In this document: positions 26,940-42,625 of the stretch, piece after piece
Numbering within the stretch: position 1 is the first letter of the stretch
Layout: each line of letters opens with the position of its first letter
Assembly: GCA_000934665.2 (NCBI GenBank)
Contig: KZ538117.1
Span: 1 to 64,000 of the forward strand
Direction: 5' to 3'
Length of the DNA: 64,000 bases
DNA from: Catajapyx aquilonaris
Lineage: Eukaryota
The notes under the pieces: generated by a model
Told to the model about the DNA's origin: nothing
The model's database searches: none
Seen by the model: the letters and a program-made list of their open reading frames with translations, nothing else
Translations under genes and position numbers: made by a program

Positions 26940-27263
26940 CAGGGTGTCTCATCTTTTTTTGTCCGAATAGTTATCGGAAAATTGCGCGTGGCTGCTACTT
27001 TTTAAGCAGTGACTTGCAAACGGTGATTTGTCGGGGGAATGGGGGAAAAGAGGGTCACACATCCCATGGCATGTGTGACCTTCTTTTTTCCAGGCTTGAC
27101 CCTCAATTTTTAGCGGGCAGCACGTATGCCACTTCAACCTACGATTCGCAGGGAATATTTCCCGTTCCTCCGAAAAATCACCATTTGCAAGTCACTGCTT
27201 AAAAAGTAGCAGCTACGCGCAATTTTCCGATAAGTGTTTGGACAAAAAAAATGAGACACCCTG
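26940..27263. mobile_element. MITE family A, copy 2 (full length, 324 bp)
   Basis: Ends read TA|CAGGGTGTCTCAT…ATGAGACACCCTG|TA with about 80-bp TIRs. There is an internal hairpin GGAAAAAGAGGGTCACACAT…ATGTGTGACCTTCTTTTTTCC. Confidence 0.93.
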
Positions 27264-29545
27264 TATACACAGGTTGCTAACAACCAATTGATTAGACTAG
27301 CCTCGTCTCCGGTTGTCTCATCTGATTTACAGAAGACCAAGCCTTCCCCCGGGCCCACCACCGATGCCCCCAGTATCAACGCCATCTCTTAGCAAAACTT
27401 CCAACTTTCAAACAACCCCATCTTGTGGATTCGGAGGATATCACTTGCTCTAACTGCTTATTGTTACATAACACGAGGAAAAATATGTTCGTATAGGATT
27501 GGATACTCACTGCCTGCTATAGTCACGGTTTTTTTGTGCTCTTCATATTGGTCGTGTGGAACGATACGGGTTGCTGCCACGGAATTGAGTCATCAGTTAA
27601 GGGGATACAGAACACGCTTAAAGGTTGCCATTAATCTCCGTCAGATTGACATCGCTCGTGGACGTGCTCATATGCAAGATCCAAGAAGCTGCCAGATGAA
27701 TTTCCAGCGACTTATTTCAGTGCCCCACAGCAATTGCGGAATTTCAACATCGACGTCCTTATCCTGGGGCCGGGTGGTAATTTACACTTGTATTACATTA
27801 GTCTACACCATTTCCATGTCACTCCGGTTCAGCTGCAGTGGGAAGTAAATTATTCAACAATGCACGCTTGTCCAGGAAATGCACTGAGTGCTTTCGCATT
27901 TCGGTACAATCGGCACACTGGGCGTGACAAATTTCGCTGCGTGAATTGCATTCTTTCGTGTGCAACTTGCCTCTGCATGGCTTTCATTTCCATAATGTTT
28001 CCAGACGCAGCACAAACTTCAACGCCACCTTTTGGGTTCCCATTACTCTCAGCTATTGTAATGAAGGCTGCCATCATCGTACAGACGCACCTGGCAACAC
28101 TGCTTTTGCTCTAATCGTAGATTGACAGACGTTCTGGAAGGAAGTTTGAATTGAGGTTACTCTAAGCAAGTTGGGGGAATCAAGGACGCGCCGAGTTATT
28201 GGGAATCAATGTCACTATTTAATCCGCCATTCTGAAAGTGCCTTTTGTTTGGAGATAGACGACCTGACGCATGACTTGTCACATTGCTTTCTCAGAGTGC
28301 TCATACCTTGCAAGCCATTAGAAGACTTGAAGTGATGGAACTCTCACATTTAACTAATTTCTAAAAATGTCTTTAGGTTGTTCTAATTTTTCAGTGAGAC
28401 TCAATGGCCTCGACCGATACTAAACAATGCACCAAAAATGTGCCTTTCAGTTGTTGTTTTTATCAAAAGTCGGGATTTCATTAGTCCGATTTTGGGCGGG
28501 GGTTTATTAGAAGGGCAGAAGGTAGCGATAAAGCAGTTATGTCTACATTACGTGAAGGCCAGACGCTGAATCTTTGATGGAAGCAAACGGACCGATAAAT
28601 CGACCCCAGGCAGCCTTTGGGGGATTACTCCCTCAACCCCTCCGGCTCCCTCTCTCAAAACCCGGCAGCCAACAAAACACCAGCAGATAACGTGCATTCA
28701 TAGATCCAGGGGTTGGGTAGGTGCCCCACATGTACATAACCCCCCACTATCTCCACCGAACTTCCTCTCAGCAGCAGCGCTTCTAAAAAACCTACCGGCA
28801 AGTTGACGTACTAAATGATGGAACCTCTGATTAATGGCTAATCACAGCACCTCCGATAGCTTTGACTCTACCTATTGTGAACAGGACATGCAGGCAGGCA
28901 AGGGCGGTCAAATTTCTTAGAATCCTTCCTATTGTCCACTTTGCTTTTGCAAGGAGATTGCGTGCAACTCTTTGACCACATGCTTCATTCCAAGCCCCTC
29001 CTATTTGGCAGCCACGAAAGATGAGTTTGCTAAGGTGGAGAGTGGAATAGGTGATAGATACGTATTATTATAAGTCTAGGGCTTTTGCTACCTCCCCGCG
29101 CCCCTTCCAGCCCCCTCTTCACTGTTATTGTAGAAACGTAATCGAAGGCGCGAGTAAGCTGGGGAGGGCGGGCTGCATGGCCGGGGGAGAGTTAGGTGAG
29201 GGCACCGGGTTTTTTAAAAAAAAACATGTGAGTGATGGATCGACTTTATGCATTAGCGCCCTTCTTGACCGTGAACCGTGATTAATCCCGGCCGATTAAT
29301 CAGCTCGGAAGGAACTGGACATGGCGCCCCCTCTTCAACACATGCAGGCCTTCTCTCAAAGCTGCCTGGCCAAAATTGAGCTGTTGCAAATATGGGCGTT
29401 CTTATTATGTGCAGGGGCCATTTTTCGGTAACGAGTGCCGATTTTAGGCGATGATAATCAGGAATTTGCGATACGGAGAAAGCTGGATTATTAATTAAAG
29501 GTTGAAATTCGGAATTGTGGTAAAATATAAGAAAGGTAGCCTATA

Positions 29546-30063
29546 CAGTCAAATCCTGATAACTCGAACAACCATGGGAGCGGGGGAAAAAATTCAACTT
29601 ATCGAATATGGTGGAGAAAACAGCACCAGCGTTTATTGCTTTTATAGTACTGAAACCCGTTTTAGGGGTTTAACGGCACTGGGCACTACGGTACAGTAGT
29701 TTACATGTCACCCACCACAATAGAATGAATGAGTCACTACCTACAGGAAAGGGAGATTAAAACACGTGGCTTTCAGAGGGGTTTGTGCATTCCTTCGCGG
29801 CTTATCGAGAATTAACCAGCTGGGGTGGAAATCTCCAAGAATGAATAATACCATATGTTTGCCCAACTTGGAAATTCCCCGGTGTTGACAAAATTCGACT
29901 TATTAATAGTGAAAGTGCTGCGGAGTTCACAAAATATATTCGAGAAAATTGAGTTATGGGAATTCAATTTGCATTACAGTATATGCAGAATCCGTCAAGT
30001 CCAAGATTTTCTTCGACTTATCGAGAATTTCGAGTTAAGATTTATTATTCTAGTTATTGACTG
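29546..30063. mobile_element. Degenerate pogo/Tigger-like non-autonomous element
   Basis: Left end TA|CAGTCAAATCCTGATAACTCGAA and right end TTCGACTTATCGAGAATTTCGAGTTA…TTGACTG|TA. The TTCGASTTATCGA motif recurs inside, as in pogo-type ends. Confidence 0.7.
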
Positions 30064-30783
30064 TATTATATAATGAACTCCTTAATTAAGTTAATACTGT
30101 CAGTTTTCTGAAAGGGAAATTCCAATCCCGTAAAAATATGTAAAAAAAGCGAACCTCATAAGGCATAATGCGTATTTTAAACTTATATTCCGAAAGAATT
30201 TAAGGGCGACTAGGGTCATTCTGTATTTCAAGTCTTCAGGTGTTATTTTGATAATAAAGCTGTGGTGGCGGGGGAAGCGAGGTGGAAAATCTGTGTCCAA
30301 AACAAGGCGTAATCTGGGCTTAAACCCATTTTGGGCCAGACTGTTGCAGATTAAAGAACAACGGGATGCAATACTTGGATAGCGTGGTTGCACCGGTTGT
30401 GACCACTTGCAGTCAAATTCTAACTTTGGAAATTAAAGGCTCTTTCTTTTTTTAAAAAAAAACAGCCACGGGTAAAAAGTTAGGATGTGATTAATGAGGA
30501 TATTAAATTCTATAATCGCGTAAAATAATTGACAGAAAATCGGGCTTTTCACTTACTCAAAGACGAGCTTACTCATCATTTTTAAACTTACTTTATGATG
30601 CGATCTACTTTTGTTCAGAAGTTACAATTGGGTTATGACATTTTGGCATACTTTGTAGGCCTACAATAAAAGTCGCAAAAACTGTCATTTGGGATAAACC
30701 GTTGACCAGTGCTCAAGCAATTTGCTATTTGCGTGCTAAAAATTATATACCCAATATGCACTATTGTACTCTGATAATTATTC

Positions 30784-30867
30784 AGGGCTATTACACGTAC
30801 AGGTTATCAATGCAACAATAAAATTTATTTTATTGTTGCTTTGTTAGCCTGTACGTGTAATAGACCT
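30784..30867. repeat. 84-bp palindrome, likely a minimal Harbinger-like MITE
   Basis: CTATTACACGTACAGG pairs with CCTGTACGTGTAATAG, and inner GCAACAATAAAAT pairs with ATTTTATTGTTGC. TSD is unclear. Confidence 0.7.
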
Positions 30868-31122
30868 ACTTTATAAAGTAGTCAAATGATAAACGTAGAT
30901 GCGGAGCTAATTCATTTCCATCTTATTGACTCTGACAACATGTCAATTGGATTACCATTTGGTAATGCTATCCCAGCCTGCAATGCAGGTTGAATTTCAT
31001 CATTATTTAGCGAATAATGTTTCCAATGACGATGGATTATTAGTTTATATAACTTATCCAGTGTTGTTATTCCTTTGCTGAAAGTCCCTAGTAATTATCA
31101 TGTCAGTATGTGACATGATTCA

Positions 31123-31590
31123 TATATAGTGGCCAAAAGTGGTACATAGAGTACACTAGTTCTGGCCACCAGGGGTGACCACAACTAGACCATCGAAGAT
31201 ATTTTATGTGCCAGTTGTGGCGAGATGCTTTACCTGCAATGCGTTACATAAACTGCTACAAAATCAGAGTGAGAGTACAATGAGAGTAAAAAATTTCGGC
31301 AGACACTGCAAAGTATTTATGGATATCCATCTTTGCACCTGAACAGTTCTCACAGTAAAAAAAGCACTTTTTACTCCCTTGCATTGTAATTTTTGTGCTA
31401 AGATGAGACTGTTTTCATGGCTAATCACAACTGCGCACGTGAGGAAATTCCGGAAGGAAATCCACCTAAATTTTTCCCATTGCCCTCAGGCTTTTCTATT
31501 CACTATTTAAATAGTTTTAATCATGCAGGTGGCCACAACTGATGCAGTGGCTAGAACATGTACAACCACCCTATAATGACCACAGTATAC
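31123..31590. mobile_element. Possible old MITE with degenerate inverted ends
   Basis: Left GTGGCCA…GTACAC…GTTCTGGCCAC is loosely mirrored by right GTGGCTAGAACATGTAC…TGACCAC. Match is weak. Confidence 0.3.
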
Positions 31591-34500
31591 AGCGGTCCAA
31601 TTATAATTGCCGGTACTGTTGTTCTGCAAGTGCCGCAGGGTATGCCCCTTGTCTAGCATAATATGTCAGCGTATGTTAACTTCCACTTGGCCGAGATATT
31701 CCAGTTGCACGCATCGTACAGTCCTTCATTTCCTGCCGTGTAGGAATGACCGAAGGAAGTGTCACTGCACGCGACAACATCTGACTGCCAGAAAACTATC
31801 AACGGTGGTGTAGAAAAGGTGTCAGAAGAACACTCCGACTGTAATCAGATCGGCAAGGTCTAACTGATCCAAATAGCTACTACTACACCAGAAACTATCC
31901 TGGTCGCGATTGCTACCAGCTATTCTTACGAGTTGAGATTTCTGAAGTCGCCGGTAGATGGGGCTCGCCAGCTGAACTTTAGGGACTCCCAAATTGTCAT
32001 CAATCTGGAAGGAAATGGACGTGGAAGACGTGACTCCCCTACTCTTGGCGTCGAATTACAAGCAAATTGTTTTTCTAATTGTGTTTGTAAAGGATCAGCT
32101 TTTAACGCTGGAGGTTTGGAGGCTCCCGTGTGACCACAACCGAGGTCTGAGCCAAAAATTCCGAGTCTGGCATAGAAATTCATAAATATTATGGGACATC
32201 CTGGACAAAAGTGGATATGAGATAACCCATAATTCCAGACCATCCTGTCCGTACCCTCCACTTTTGGAGTTAGGTTGACTGTATTGTTACAGTGAATCTT
32301 TTCTCCATTTTCATGAATTTCAAGTTGTCACTTTTCTCTCGTGTCGTACCAGTAATGCCCTCGAGAAATCACTGCTACTTTTTTGTTTTATTTGCCATTT
32401 TATAGCACAACTGGGCGCGTATAATTTCAGGAGAGTATATAGTATGCTCTCGTCATCATCGGCGCCAGTGATATATGCAAACAGCCATTGTTTTAATGTA
32501 ATAAAAAATCTCATTATTTTGCGATTAACGTTATTACGCGCTTCTGCATGATTCACTTTTGTACGATCAAAAATTAACAAGAAATCGCTCAACACTGTCA
32601 GCGTTCAGTAAACCTGACGGTCAATTTTGCAGCTGTACAGGGTGTTTAAAACTGACATTATTATTGATATGACTATCTTCTAAGGAACTGTACAAAAGGC
32701 GTGTTAAATTTGTTGTACTGACAATTAACATATCGTGCGCTTCTGAAACAAATTCATTAGAACAACCAAAAACCAGATTGTTTCACAATTTGGTGCTATT
32801 GACATCCTACTTATTAAAGACCTGCAAATTTGGGTACAAATTGTGTAGAATGGTCCTGGGTGAAACATCCGCGACTTACTGTACCAAATTTTGTCAATTT
32901 CAATTATTGCCAAGCACAAACTTATCACAGCATGGAGGAAACACAACGCCATCTGGGGCAGGCGTCAGGAAATCTCCGAGACTAAACCGCCCCACGAGTC
33001 GCATGCGCCCCATGTATCTGGACAGATTATAGCGTGCAAAATGAATGGCTGCCCTCTACAATGATAATGGTAATTGAGATGCAGCCACTCTGGAAGTGTT
33101 TGTATAAAATGGGGAAGGCAGTTTGCTTTAGTGGCTCGGAGGACGAGAGTAGAGCAGACCGGCGACCTTAATTTCCGAGAGCCTTTTCTGGCTCTGGCCG
33201 GATGCCGAGGGCAAAAACGCAAGCGCTTAATTCCTCGCGTGCGACTCCAACACAACACGAGCTATAGAGCCATAGACCCCATAGTGTACCAAAGGGTCGG
33301 TATGCTTGGATAAGGGACTCGAGGATATAAAAAAAAGGGGGAGGCTTTGTTAGCTGGTAGATAGGGACACGGTCCAAGTTTCGCGGGACAAGAACAGCCC
33401 TGGGCTCTGAGATGATAAAAGAAAATAGAAAAGGCTGGGGTGTAACAAAAAAAAAACAACACATCCCATATACACAGTGACCTTTTGGTAAGGCACTGCA
33501 GGACAAAATAGAACTTTGGATGTTTTTTTTTTGACGCCCAACAGATGCGTGCTTTAGTACTCGATAAACTGCACAGGTCGGGGGAATGCAAACAAAATCG
33601 TTGACTACTGGATTGTAAATATCTGGCCCTCCATGACAAATACAGGGGCATATTGGAGCCTGGTTTGTCACGTTTTGCCTCCCCTCGTGCTATGAAGTGA
33701 CAAGTGGCAAATTACCGGACAGTTTACATAACCAGCCAGCACAACCGCACATTGCATGTCATAAACACATCTGGCACGGAAGGTAACTCAGGAAAATCAA
33801 TAGTTAAATGTTTTGGAAAAGTCTCCACCAGCAGCCTCTTGGTTAATCACATTGTTTCAATTTTTTAGAAACATTTAGCAAGTAATATTTCAAAAAAAAA
33901 ACCAAGGAATCCTACTGCATTGCAGAGTCGAAAAGAACAGACCGGAGTATATAGGGCTTCGTTCGCACTGGTATTGAACTGGACTCGTCTCAGGGCAGAC
34001 TAAAAAAGAAAATGTCCAGTCCTACAGGATGAGGAAGACTGAGCGTCTTTCTCTTTCTTGAGCTTTCTCTGCTGTTCAAGTGGGTTTTTGGGCAATTTGG
34101 GCATGCAAGCCAAGTGAAATAATCATGCCAAACCAGATTCCTATCCGGCTCTGTGTTAATAGCATTGGGATTTTAAATCAAGGGCCTAATTACCTCTGCA
34201 ATCAGCAGGAAATTGAGAATCAATACCACAAATCGATTTGGCCCAAGTCGAATCATCTAAATGCTTTTCAACATCGTGGTATAGGTTCAAACATCAAACA
34301 GTTATGTCACAAACAGCTTTAAATTTTAGTACCCCAACACTGTGTGTATATTGTAGCATAACTGTTACATGTCTAGAAATAAACACATGGCCAAAGCTAC
34401 ATGTTCATTCAACGCGGAAGTGGGCAAACATCCCGCGCTCGGAGAACTGGATCAAATCTGATTTGAAAGGTTGCCTTTACACGTGAATTGACTCGTGAAT

Positions 34501-35453
34501 TGCTGGCAGCGTGGTGTCTAATGTAATTAATATTTGTATACAAATCGTAGACTACAGTGGGTTCGTGTATAGGCGCCCACGCTCAAGTTGCCTTCCCACA
34601 TGTTTTGACCCCAAAAAATATATACGTGATGCCGGAAAAAAAAGAGGATAATAAATACCAAGCACAAAAACACAGCAATATCGCGAGGTTTGCCAATTTG
34701 AAACCATCTTGTCCAGCACAGTTATGCGGATGTAGTAGGCCTCAGACCAAAATAAATTGTGGTAGGCTCTATTTTCTGCCTACATGTAGACCTGCATCAC
34801 CCAGAACGACATTGAGTCTAGCTCTTTAGGTTAGAGCCAGAGTATGTTTTTTTTATGTACCGGTACTGTAGTAATGAAGTACCAACTAACTTTAAATTTT
34901 TCAAACACGCATTGGCGTTTTTTGTGAGTACGTTGTTTCAGGCAGGTTTGTGTATAACCGTTCATGACCATGCAAGGGCGCTTCAGGGATCGTAACATGT
35001 TGTGAAGCATATATGAATAAAGAATATTATAGCAGAATTCAAAACTATGTTTATAGGAACATGAACCATCCTTTATTCGGAGTCGTGTACATTTTTAATG
35101 GATAGATTCATTTTACGACATTAAATTGATTTTTTTTTTACCTTGCACATAAAAATGATCGATCGTCGTGTACTTATGCAAGTAGCTTGTATTGAAACTG
35201 TTTGAAAGCTCCAGTTTGGAGAAAGCTTTTCGATTACCATAGGCCTACTTTGGAGATTAGATGCCAGATACAAGAAGCATAATTATATAGTTGTTATTGT
35301 TATTATTAGGTATCACTATCATCATCATTCAGCCATCGGCGTGGCATATCAACAATTTCATATACTGTACAGTATTACTGCATTGTTATTACATCAGGTT
35401 TTAATGGATGATTGGTGCAACACTCCCGCTGCTGTAGTTTCCGGAAAGGGCGT

Positions 35454-36243
<790 letters not shown>

Positions 36244-37424
36244 GAAAGGGCGTTATTTGTTATATCAAAGACTGATTTTGCTGACGTGTAGTTTTTAATG
36301 CCAATAGAGCTAAGGCACGCTATTCACACAGCCATGACAAACACTATATTAAAATACTGCATATGCCGGCACTTTCATGTAGAAAAGGACGCTTGCACCA
36401 TATCGGCCTGCATCGGTTGCATAATATGTTACAGTGCTCAATTTATATGCTTCCATTAATGCAGGAAAAGCGATGTTTTAAGCGAATCATAGCTTACGTA
36501 TTTACCGCTTTAGTGTTTCAGGATTTTGAAATATTCTGATTCGTTCTCCCCAAGGCGTAATGATTTTGTAGTAAAAGTTAATACAGTACCATTTTTTTGA
36601 GTCACGGCGTTAATAATAATTATCATGTACACGTCAAAATGTAAGACAAAGGCAAGCTTGCACTTCATTGGCACTATTTCTCCTATACTAATATATTTTG
36701 TAATTGATCGCAATTTTCTCCTTTCATTATAGGTCTATTTGGACATTCACGTGTGGACTTCAGGATCGGATCTAAACGGTATACCTGCAGTATGTATATT
36801 ACTTCATATTTTGTTGATTACATTACGACTCATTACATATTGGGGAAATTGGGAAACTTATACACTAACTAATACTACCTCGTAGTTCAAGCTCACTGTC
36901 CAGCGCCACAAATAATTTTAAACAAGTTAGGAGATTCATGCGCCAATTTAAAGCCATCGAGCACAAAGTATCACAAAATAATTCCAATGTATCCCGCAAC
37001 ATAGCCTTCTCGTTAACAGTATCACTTTCGGTGCCAAAAAAATCCTTCCAATTAGTCCCCCTCTTTATTTGCAACACTTTTATTATATCGCGGAATTTCA
37101 AAGCCTTGCTGTGCACGAACGTTTTTTAAACCATTTTTCCCTCCCCCTTCCTATACCCATCACACACCCATCCTCCCCACTGCACTGGTAGAGGAATTCA
37201 TATTAGTGTTGTACACTGCGCTGCGTCCATGGATTCCTGCCAGTTCAGTTAATGAAATTCCACAAGAATTATTCCCACGCTTTGAAACAGATATTTATGC
37301 CCCCCCCCNCCCCCCACTATTGATGACCTACCCATCATGTTAGTCCCTCCTATCACATATCAATTTCCTGATCAAAGGCGGTTAACGCAACACTGCATAT
37401 AAAGGAACTTATAATGAACCATCC

Positions 37425-37425
<1 letters not shown>

Positions 37426-37496
<71 letters not shown>
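37426..37496. repeat. (ATT)n microsatellite
   Basis: About 23 tandem units, directly visible. Confidence 0.97.
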
Positions 37497-37964
37497 GCAT
37501 GTAGGTGAATAATGAGTTGGTGGTGTCTGGAGAAAGCCCCACCTTGGTAGGTAGCGTACAGTAGCTGAAGGCAGATGGAAATGTGAAACCCCTAAGTGAT
37601 GTGCATGAAGCGCGTGCTCCATGAATAATTTTCCCATTTGGCACCCCTGAGATGGTCGGCCTAGGCAGGCAGGGTTGCCTGGAGTCGGCCGGTTGCAAAT
37701 CAAGCCACCTTCGCCATTGCTTCTCTTCTGCCGTACTTGTCAGCTGGGACCACTCAGACGATGTTGCAGAAATGGCCCCGGAAAAGCAGGTCGCGCCAGC
37801 ATGACTCTCAGATTTGTAAACGTGCAGCAGCTAGACTGTGTAGGTTAGGAGCAGTGACACTGCGACGGACAGATGGGGGCTAGGATTGCTATAATGGGAA
37901 ATGGGTTTTGCATATGGGGTAAGCTTGACCATACACCAAAATATACACCAAAAGCCTCGCCAAA

Positions 37965-38141
37965 AGCCGTGCGAGTAAGAAGAGGTAGGCCTTGAGTGAC
38001 GTCACCGGCTCGGTGTCCCCCAGCCAGTGACGTCACCCAAGGGCTACCATTTCTTACTCGCACGGCTCGCACTCTATTACTTCGATTTTCACGTCTGCCG
38101 CATCGGAAAATGTCGATAGCAGTATGACGGAATTAATGTCC
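37965..38141. mobile_element. MITE family B, truncated copy
   Basis: AGCCGTGCGAGTAAGAAGAGGTAGGCC…GCAGTATGACGGAATTAATGTCC aligns to the centre and right arm of the other copies. The outer left arm and the right tip are missing. Confidence 0.85.
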
Positions 38142-41100
38142 GAATGTTCACATTGAGATAACTTGATAGCTGAAGAGTCGGCGCTCAAGCCTTATAAAAT
38201 GAGGATTGGTTGAAAGGCATCGGATATCCTGGTAACCCTGCTGGGAAAGTGTGTGAGGCCTGGCAATCCTTTCGGTTACTTGTCCGATCTCATTTGTCAA
38301 AGGCTGGCCAGCTAATAGACTTTGGTGTGTTAAGGGTGGGTGGAGGGAAGGAAGAGGAAGAGGTAGGTTGTATAGTGGGAGGTGGGGGAGGGGGGGTGGA
38401 GCTTTTCCCGCCAAGCCACCAGAGCAGACCTCTTTTTATGATCCCCTCTAATTCAATTCCCACTGCAATCTTGATCAGATTTGCTGAGCTCCGTCGCCGA
38501 CGCTTCCTCCACTCTATTGCTAGACAGCCGGAAAACTACTCTAGGCTTCCCACAATTAGGAGGGCCACGGAAGCCCTTCTCTTCAAAAGCACTCTTTAAC
38601 TTTCTGGCCATTCAAAAAAAAAGTACAAGAAAGCTTCCCGCCATTGAACTTCAATTTCCTTTAACAATTCGCAAATTTTTTTTGCACAATGGCAGTTTTC
38701 ACTACCTAAAAAAATGGGAAGTCAGTGACACCCACTGCAACGCTGGGCTTTTATTGAATGGAAGCCACGGCTATGCCTGGAAGTGCGGCCTCTCGATGCC
38801 ACGTCGCATTCCGGTGGTGAAAACACCATGGGAGTAGATTTTGTCCCTGTTATACTATCCTGGGATGGGTTCCAAGAAAAATGAAACGACATGCCCCTAG
38901 GCATTCCTGGGAGAAAACCTATAATCAGTCACTCGCCAATATTCACCAGCCGTGCTTCTGGAGATACCAGACTTTTGGTCCTGCAGGGACATCCCAACGA
39001 ATTTTTCAAGATGAAATCACAGACAGGGATTACAGGCGTAATATACGGTTGTTACACGTCACACCTAATAGGTTCAAACGTATTGTCGAAATTGTCACGT
39101 GTGACAGGACTGGTCGTATGTCACTGTCTCAGACACAAGTTGCGTGACTTTCAACGAAGCCTAACTTACTTTTAACACGCGCGTTAACATGCGCTGTGGT
39201 TTATTATTAGAATCATTAGTAAGACAATCCGGAACACAAAGAAAAAGAAAACGCGACAGTCGGAAAGAAACTAATAGCTTTTTGAAGGAACCGAACAAAT
39301 CGGCTGCTTTGACCCAATAATTTATCTTCGGGATGACGACCCAAGATTATACCAGACCAACAAAAAATATTTGTGAGAAAAATGGCTGGAGTGCGAAGGG
39401 TTCAGTACAATCAAAACAAGGGATAGGAGTGCAATTTATATGTCGACATTAATCATACAGACAAATTCGTCGTGTGGGAATTACTGCGTTTTTGAGCATC
39501 CCTCTGCATCCCACAAGCAGTTTTGCATAGGTGGGGAAGAAGTGTAGCATTGACCGTTTACAACCCTCGGGGTATGCACTCGCCACCTATAGTATAAATT
39601 ATTTTGCCTGCTGATCTCTTTATGCGTTTATAGACCTCTGCAATTTTCACACGATGCAGTATAAACATTGTGTTACTGCTTGCACTGTTCGTGTTTCAGA
39701 GGTTTGTTCCCCCTAAAAAAATGTTTTTGGTATAATAACATGTAGTTTGTGCAAGTGAAACCTCGCGAGTATACTGTAATTTATGAACTGTTATGTTATA
39801 ATAATAACTTCGGCACAGTGCAGCATTAGTGTTAACCTATTTAGCATATTTTTTGTACATTTGTATACCCTGCTTTATATGCTGAACATATGCATACATA
39901 CATGGTGAAATAATAAAAATAATTTCATTTTTCTACACAGCTAGTGCAAAACACATCAGGTCGATACCAGTATACTCATACACCAACACATCACGTTGGG
40001 AGGTCTAGTTTGAGCAAATCTAAGTCGATCTCATGAGCAGCCATGCACAGTCGAGAATGATATTCTCCAGTCATTTCCGCTTTCTCCACGCTCCAAAGCT
40101 GTTCAGGACAAGCGGACGTGTTTTTTTTCTCCCCGTCTCCGTACATCTCACGCAGGATGAACAGGTTCCCTCAAGAACTGATAGTCAACTGGCGTTTTTT
40201 TCAGCCCCCGCTTTCATGGCGCATACAGGAACGGTTTGGTATAGTAGCCATGCGCAAGAAGCGTGGCGTGCATGATGAGCCCTTGGAGAGTCCGGAAATT
40301 GGTCGGGGGTTCTAATCAACAAGAGAGGGAAATGGGGAAGACCGGCGAAACATGCTTAACGTGGGCCTACTGATAGAGTTAGCCCCCGTAGCCAAATTAG
40401 CCGCTGTTCCCGTGAATGAAACGCCCATTGAAATCTAAAGAGGGTAGGGGGTACCCCCTTTTGAACCGCCCTTTTCCACCACGATTACAGGCTCCTTTTT
40501 TTTTACAGTCCTCACTTTGAAGTGTCGTAGGCGTATATTTCAATACGACAATGTGATATGTCGTGATCGGGATATGACGGAATTAAGTGGTAATTTATGG
40601 GAATGTCGCGTCCAGATGAACAGAGGGTCAAAGGTCGTGCTGTATAGTGGAGGGGGGCTGTGTTTATCTCGCACACAGGGCTATAGTATAGAGAGGCCCA
40701 TATGAATTTTTGTCCCGCAGGCTGGAGAGAACAAGGGCAGTCAGCCTTGATTTTCGTATAATGGTGGTTCAGGGGAAAGATGATGAACTGGCGGGTATAA
40801 TAAAGCTGACCTCATGCACTGTATGGAACAAAATAAGTAGTTCATATACGACGTACTCTCGTGTGTAAATATTGCAACAGTGTCTGAAATGAAGCCTACT
40901 TCATTACAACAGATGAAAGTCAAATTGTGTGTATGTAAATAATATATGCTAACGTTAGCAGGGCTGCAAAAAAAAATTAGCAGAAAAATGTTTATAACTC
41001 ACAGGCTTGTTCAGAAAGGTTGACTTCAGTCGCAGTGTTTGACGGAGCCTGGTCTTGAAATCAGTGTCTCCTCGCCATTCCATCATAGTTTATTGCTCTT

Positions 41101-42625
41101 TTTTATTAGTTGCCAAATGGCTTCCGCAGGGAATCCAACTGGTTGTCATTATTTGGTTTTCACTGTTGCTGCCTGTTTTTTCAGTTTTTTATGGCTTCGA
41201 GCGGGTCAGTTCTTTCACCTTTTCATGATTTCTCAATGGATGACATGTTCCTGATTAGCAATGTGAATGTTGTCTCATATGGATTGGTAATATATCCCTT
41301 GCGTGCCCTGTTGGAAGGAAGTAGTATCTGATACAAGAGACTAATATAAAATATTGCTGAAATTTCATTCTGTATGCTTAGTCTGGGAGCAGCAAGTAGG
41401 AGAGTACAATTATGATAAACATGCATATTGTTTTACATTGCAACTGGAGTCGTTCTAAAATGAACATGATAGTGCGTTAATTGTATCTCCATGTCTACAT
41501 CTCCTAATGTTGTGTGGGCTTCAGTTTTCCCGAATGCTTGAACGCGAGATGTACTGAACCAAATCTCGTTTATGAATGCTTTTGGGCATATAAAAATTGC
41601 TACTATACTTTACGACACAGAGGCAAAATTTAATATTAATGTTCAGTATTGCACAAATATGTGGGGTAGCTGAATACAAAACAGATTCAAATCCTGGCAT
41701 GTCAATAAATGATCATTGGTTATCATTGATGATTAATGACCATAAAGCAATATGGTTATGAATTAAGCCGTGTTATTTTTACTTTTGATTTTTCTCAGTT
41801 AATTTAATGCAGGCCAGTGATGGCGGTCGGGTTTTCGTCAGCAGTAAATCGGTGCTTTAGTGGACCTAAGCGATTTTAGGAACAGAAACATACTAAACTT
41901 TTAATATTGAGATTTTAACTGAAAGTTACAGCATTAACTTGCACATTTTTTCTTGCGCAAAATTAACAAAAAAAAATCTCATCTTCAGCATTTAGATAAT
42001 GCCTTCCTGTGCGGTACTATAACCTTCTTCATCCAAATATACACTGCTGCTGGGTAGTTTACTGGCTGCTCCAAAATAATAATAACAACGCAGCTTCTTT
42101 TCCAGAGGTGTTAGGCCATTAGCTTGTTTCGAGAAGAAGCGTTAAGCTACAAAGTTGCACTATGGGACAGCAAGGCCTTTATACTAATTGGTTTAGTCCT
42201 GCGAGAAAGTTTTCTTGAACGAGGGGAAAGTGGGAATCAGGTGATGAAATGCTACCTGGAGGATAATTATGAGGCGCTTTAACCATTTCCGGAAGTTAAC
42301 CCAATTTCTCCATGGCACCAGAGAGAAATATTCTATACCGCGTGTTTCAGAATTTTCCTCAAATCCTCATTGGCGAAAGTTAATTTCCACTGCTTGTCGT
42401 CTCACCTTACCCTTTGGCCTGTAGTTATGTATGCGCTCGGTTTTATAATAATGTTTTAGTAAGGACTAGACAACAAATAAATATTTTTATTATCATAGCC
42501 CTATTTACCAGTCCAATATTTTTCATATTAATTATGATAAATATCTGCAAATTAATTCTGTTATCTATTTGGCTGGTGCTAAATGAATAGCCTATAACTT
42601 ATTCAGAAAATTGTGGCTTTATGTA

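Noticed and set aside
32015..32065. Peptide MDVEDVTPLLLAS resembling an ankyrin TPL-LA motif
   Set aside because: A single short match. The frame has a stop shortly upstream and no further repeat consensus follows.
36311..36320. TAAGGCACGC, matching the 5' end of miR-124
   Set aside because: Only 10 nt match, the rest diverges, and there is no precursor hairpin.
37353..37703. Poly-Ile and poly-Asn ORFs
   Set aside because: These are translations of the (ATT)n microsatellite.
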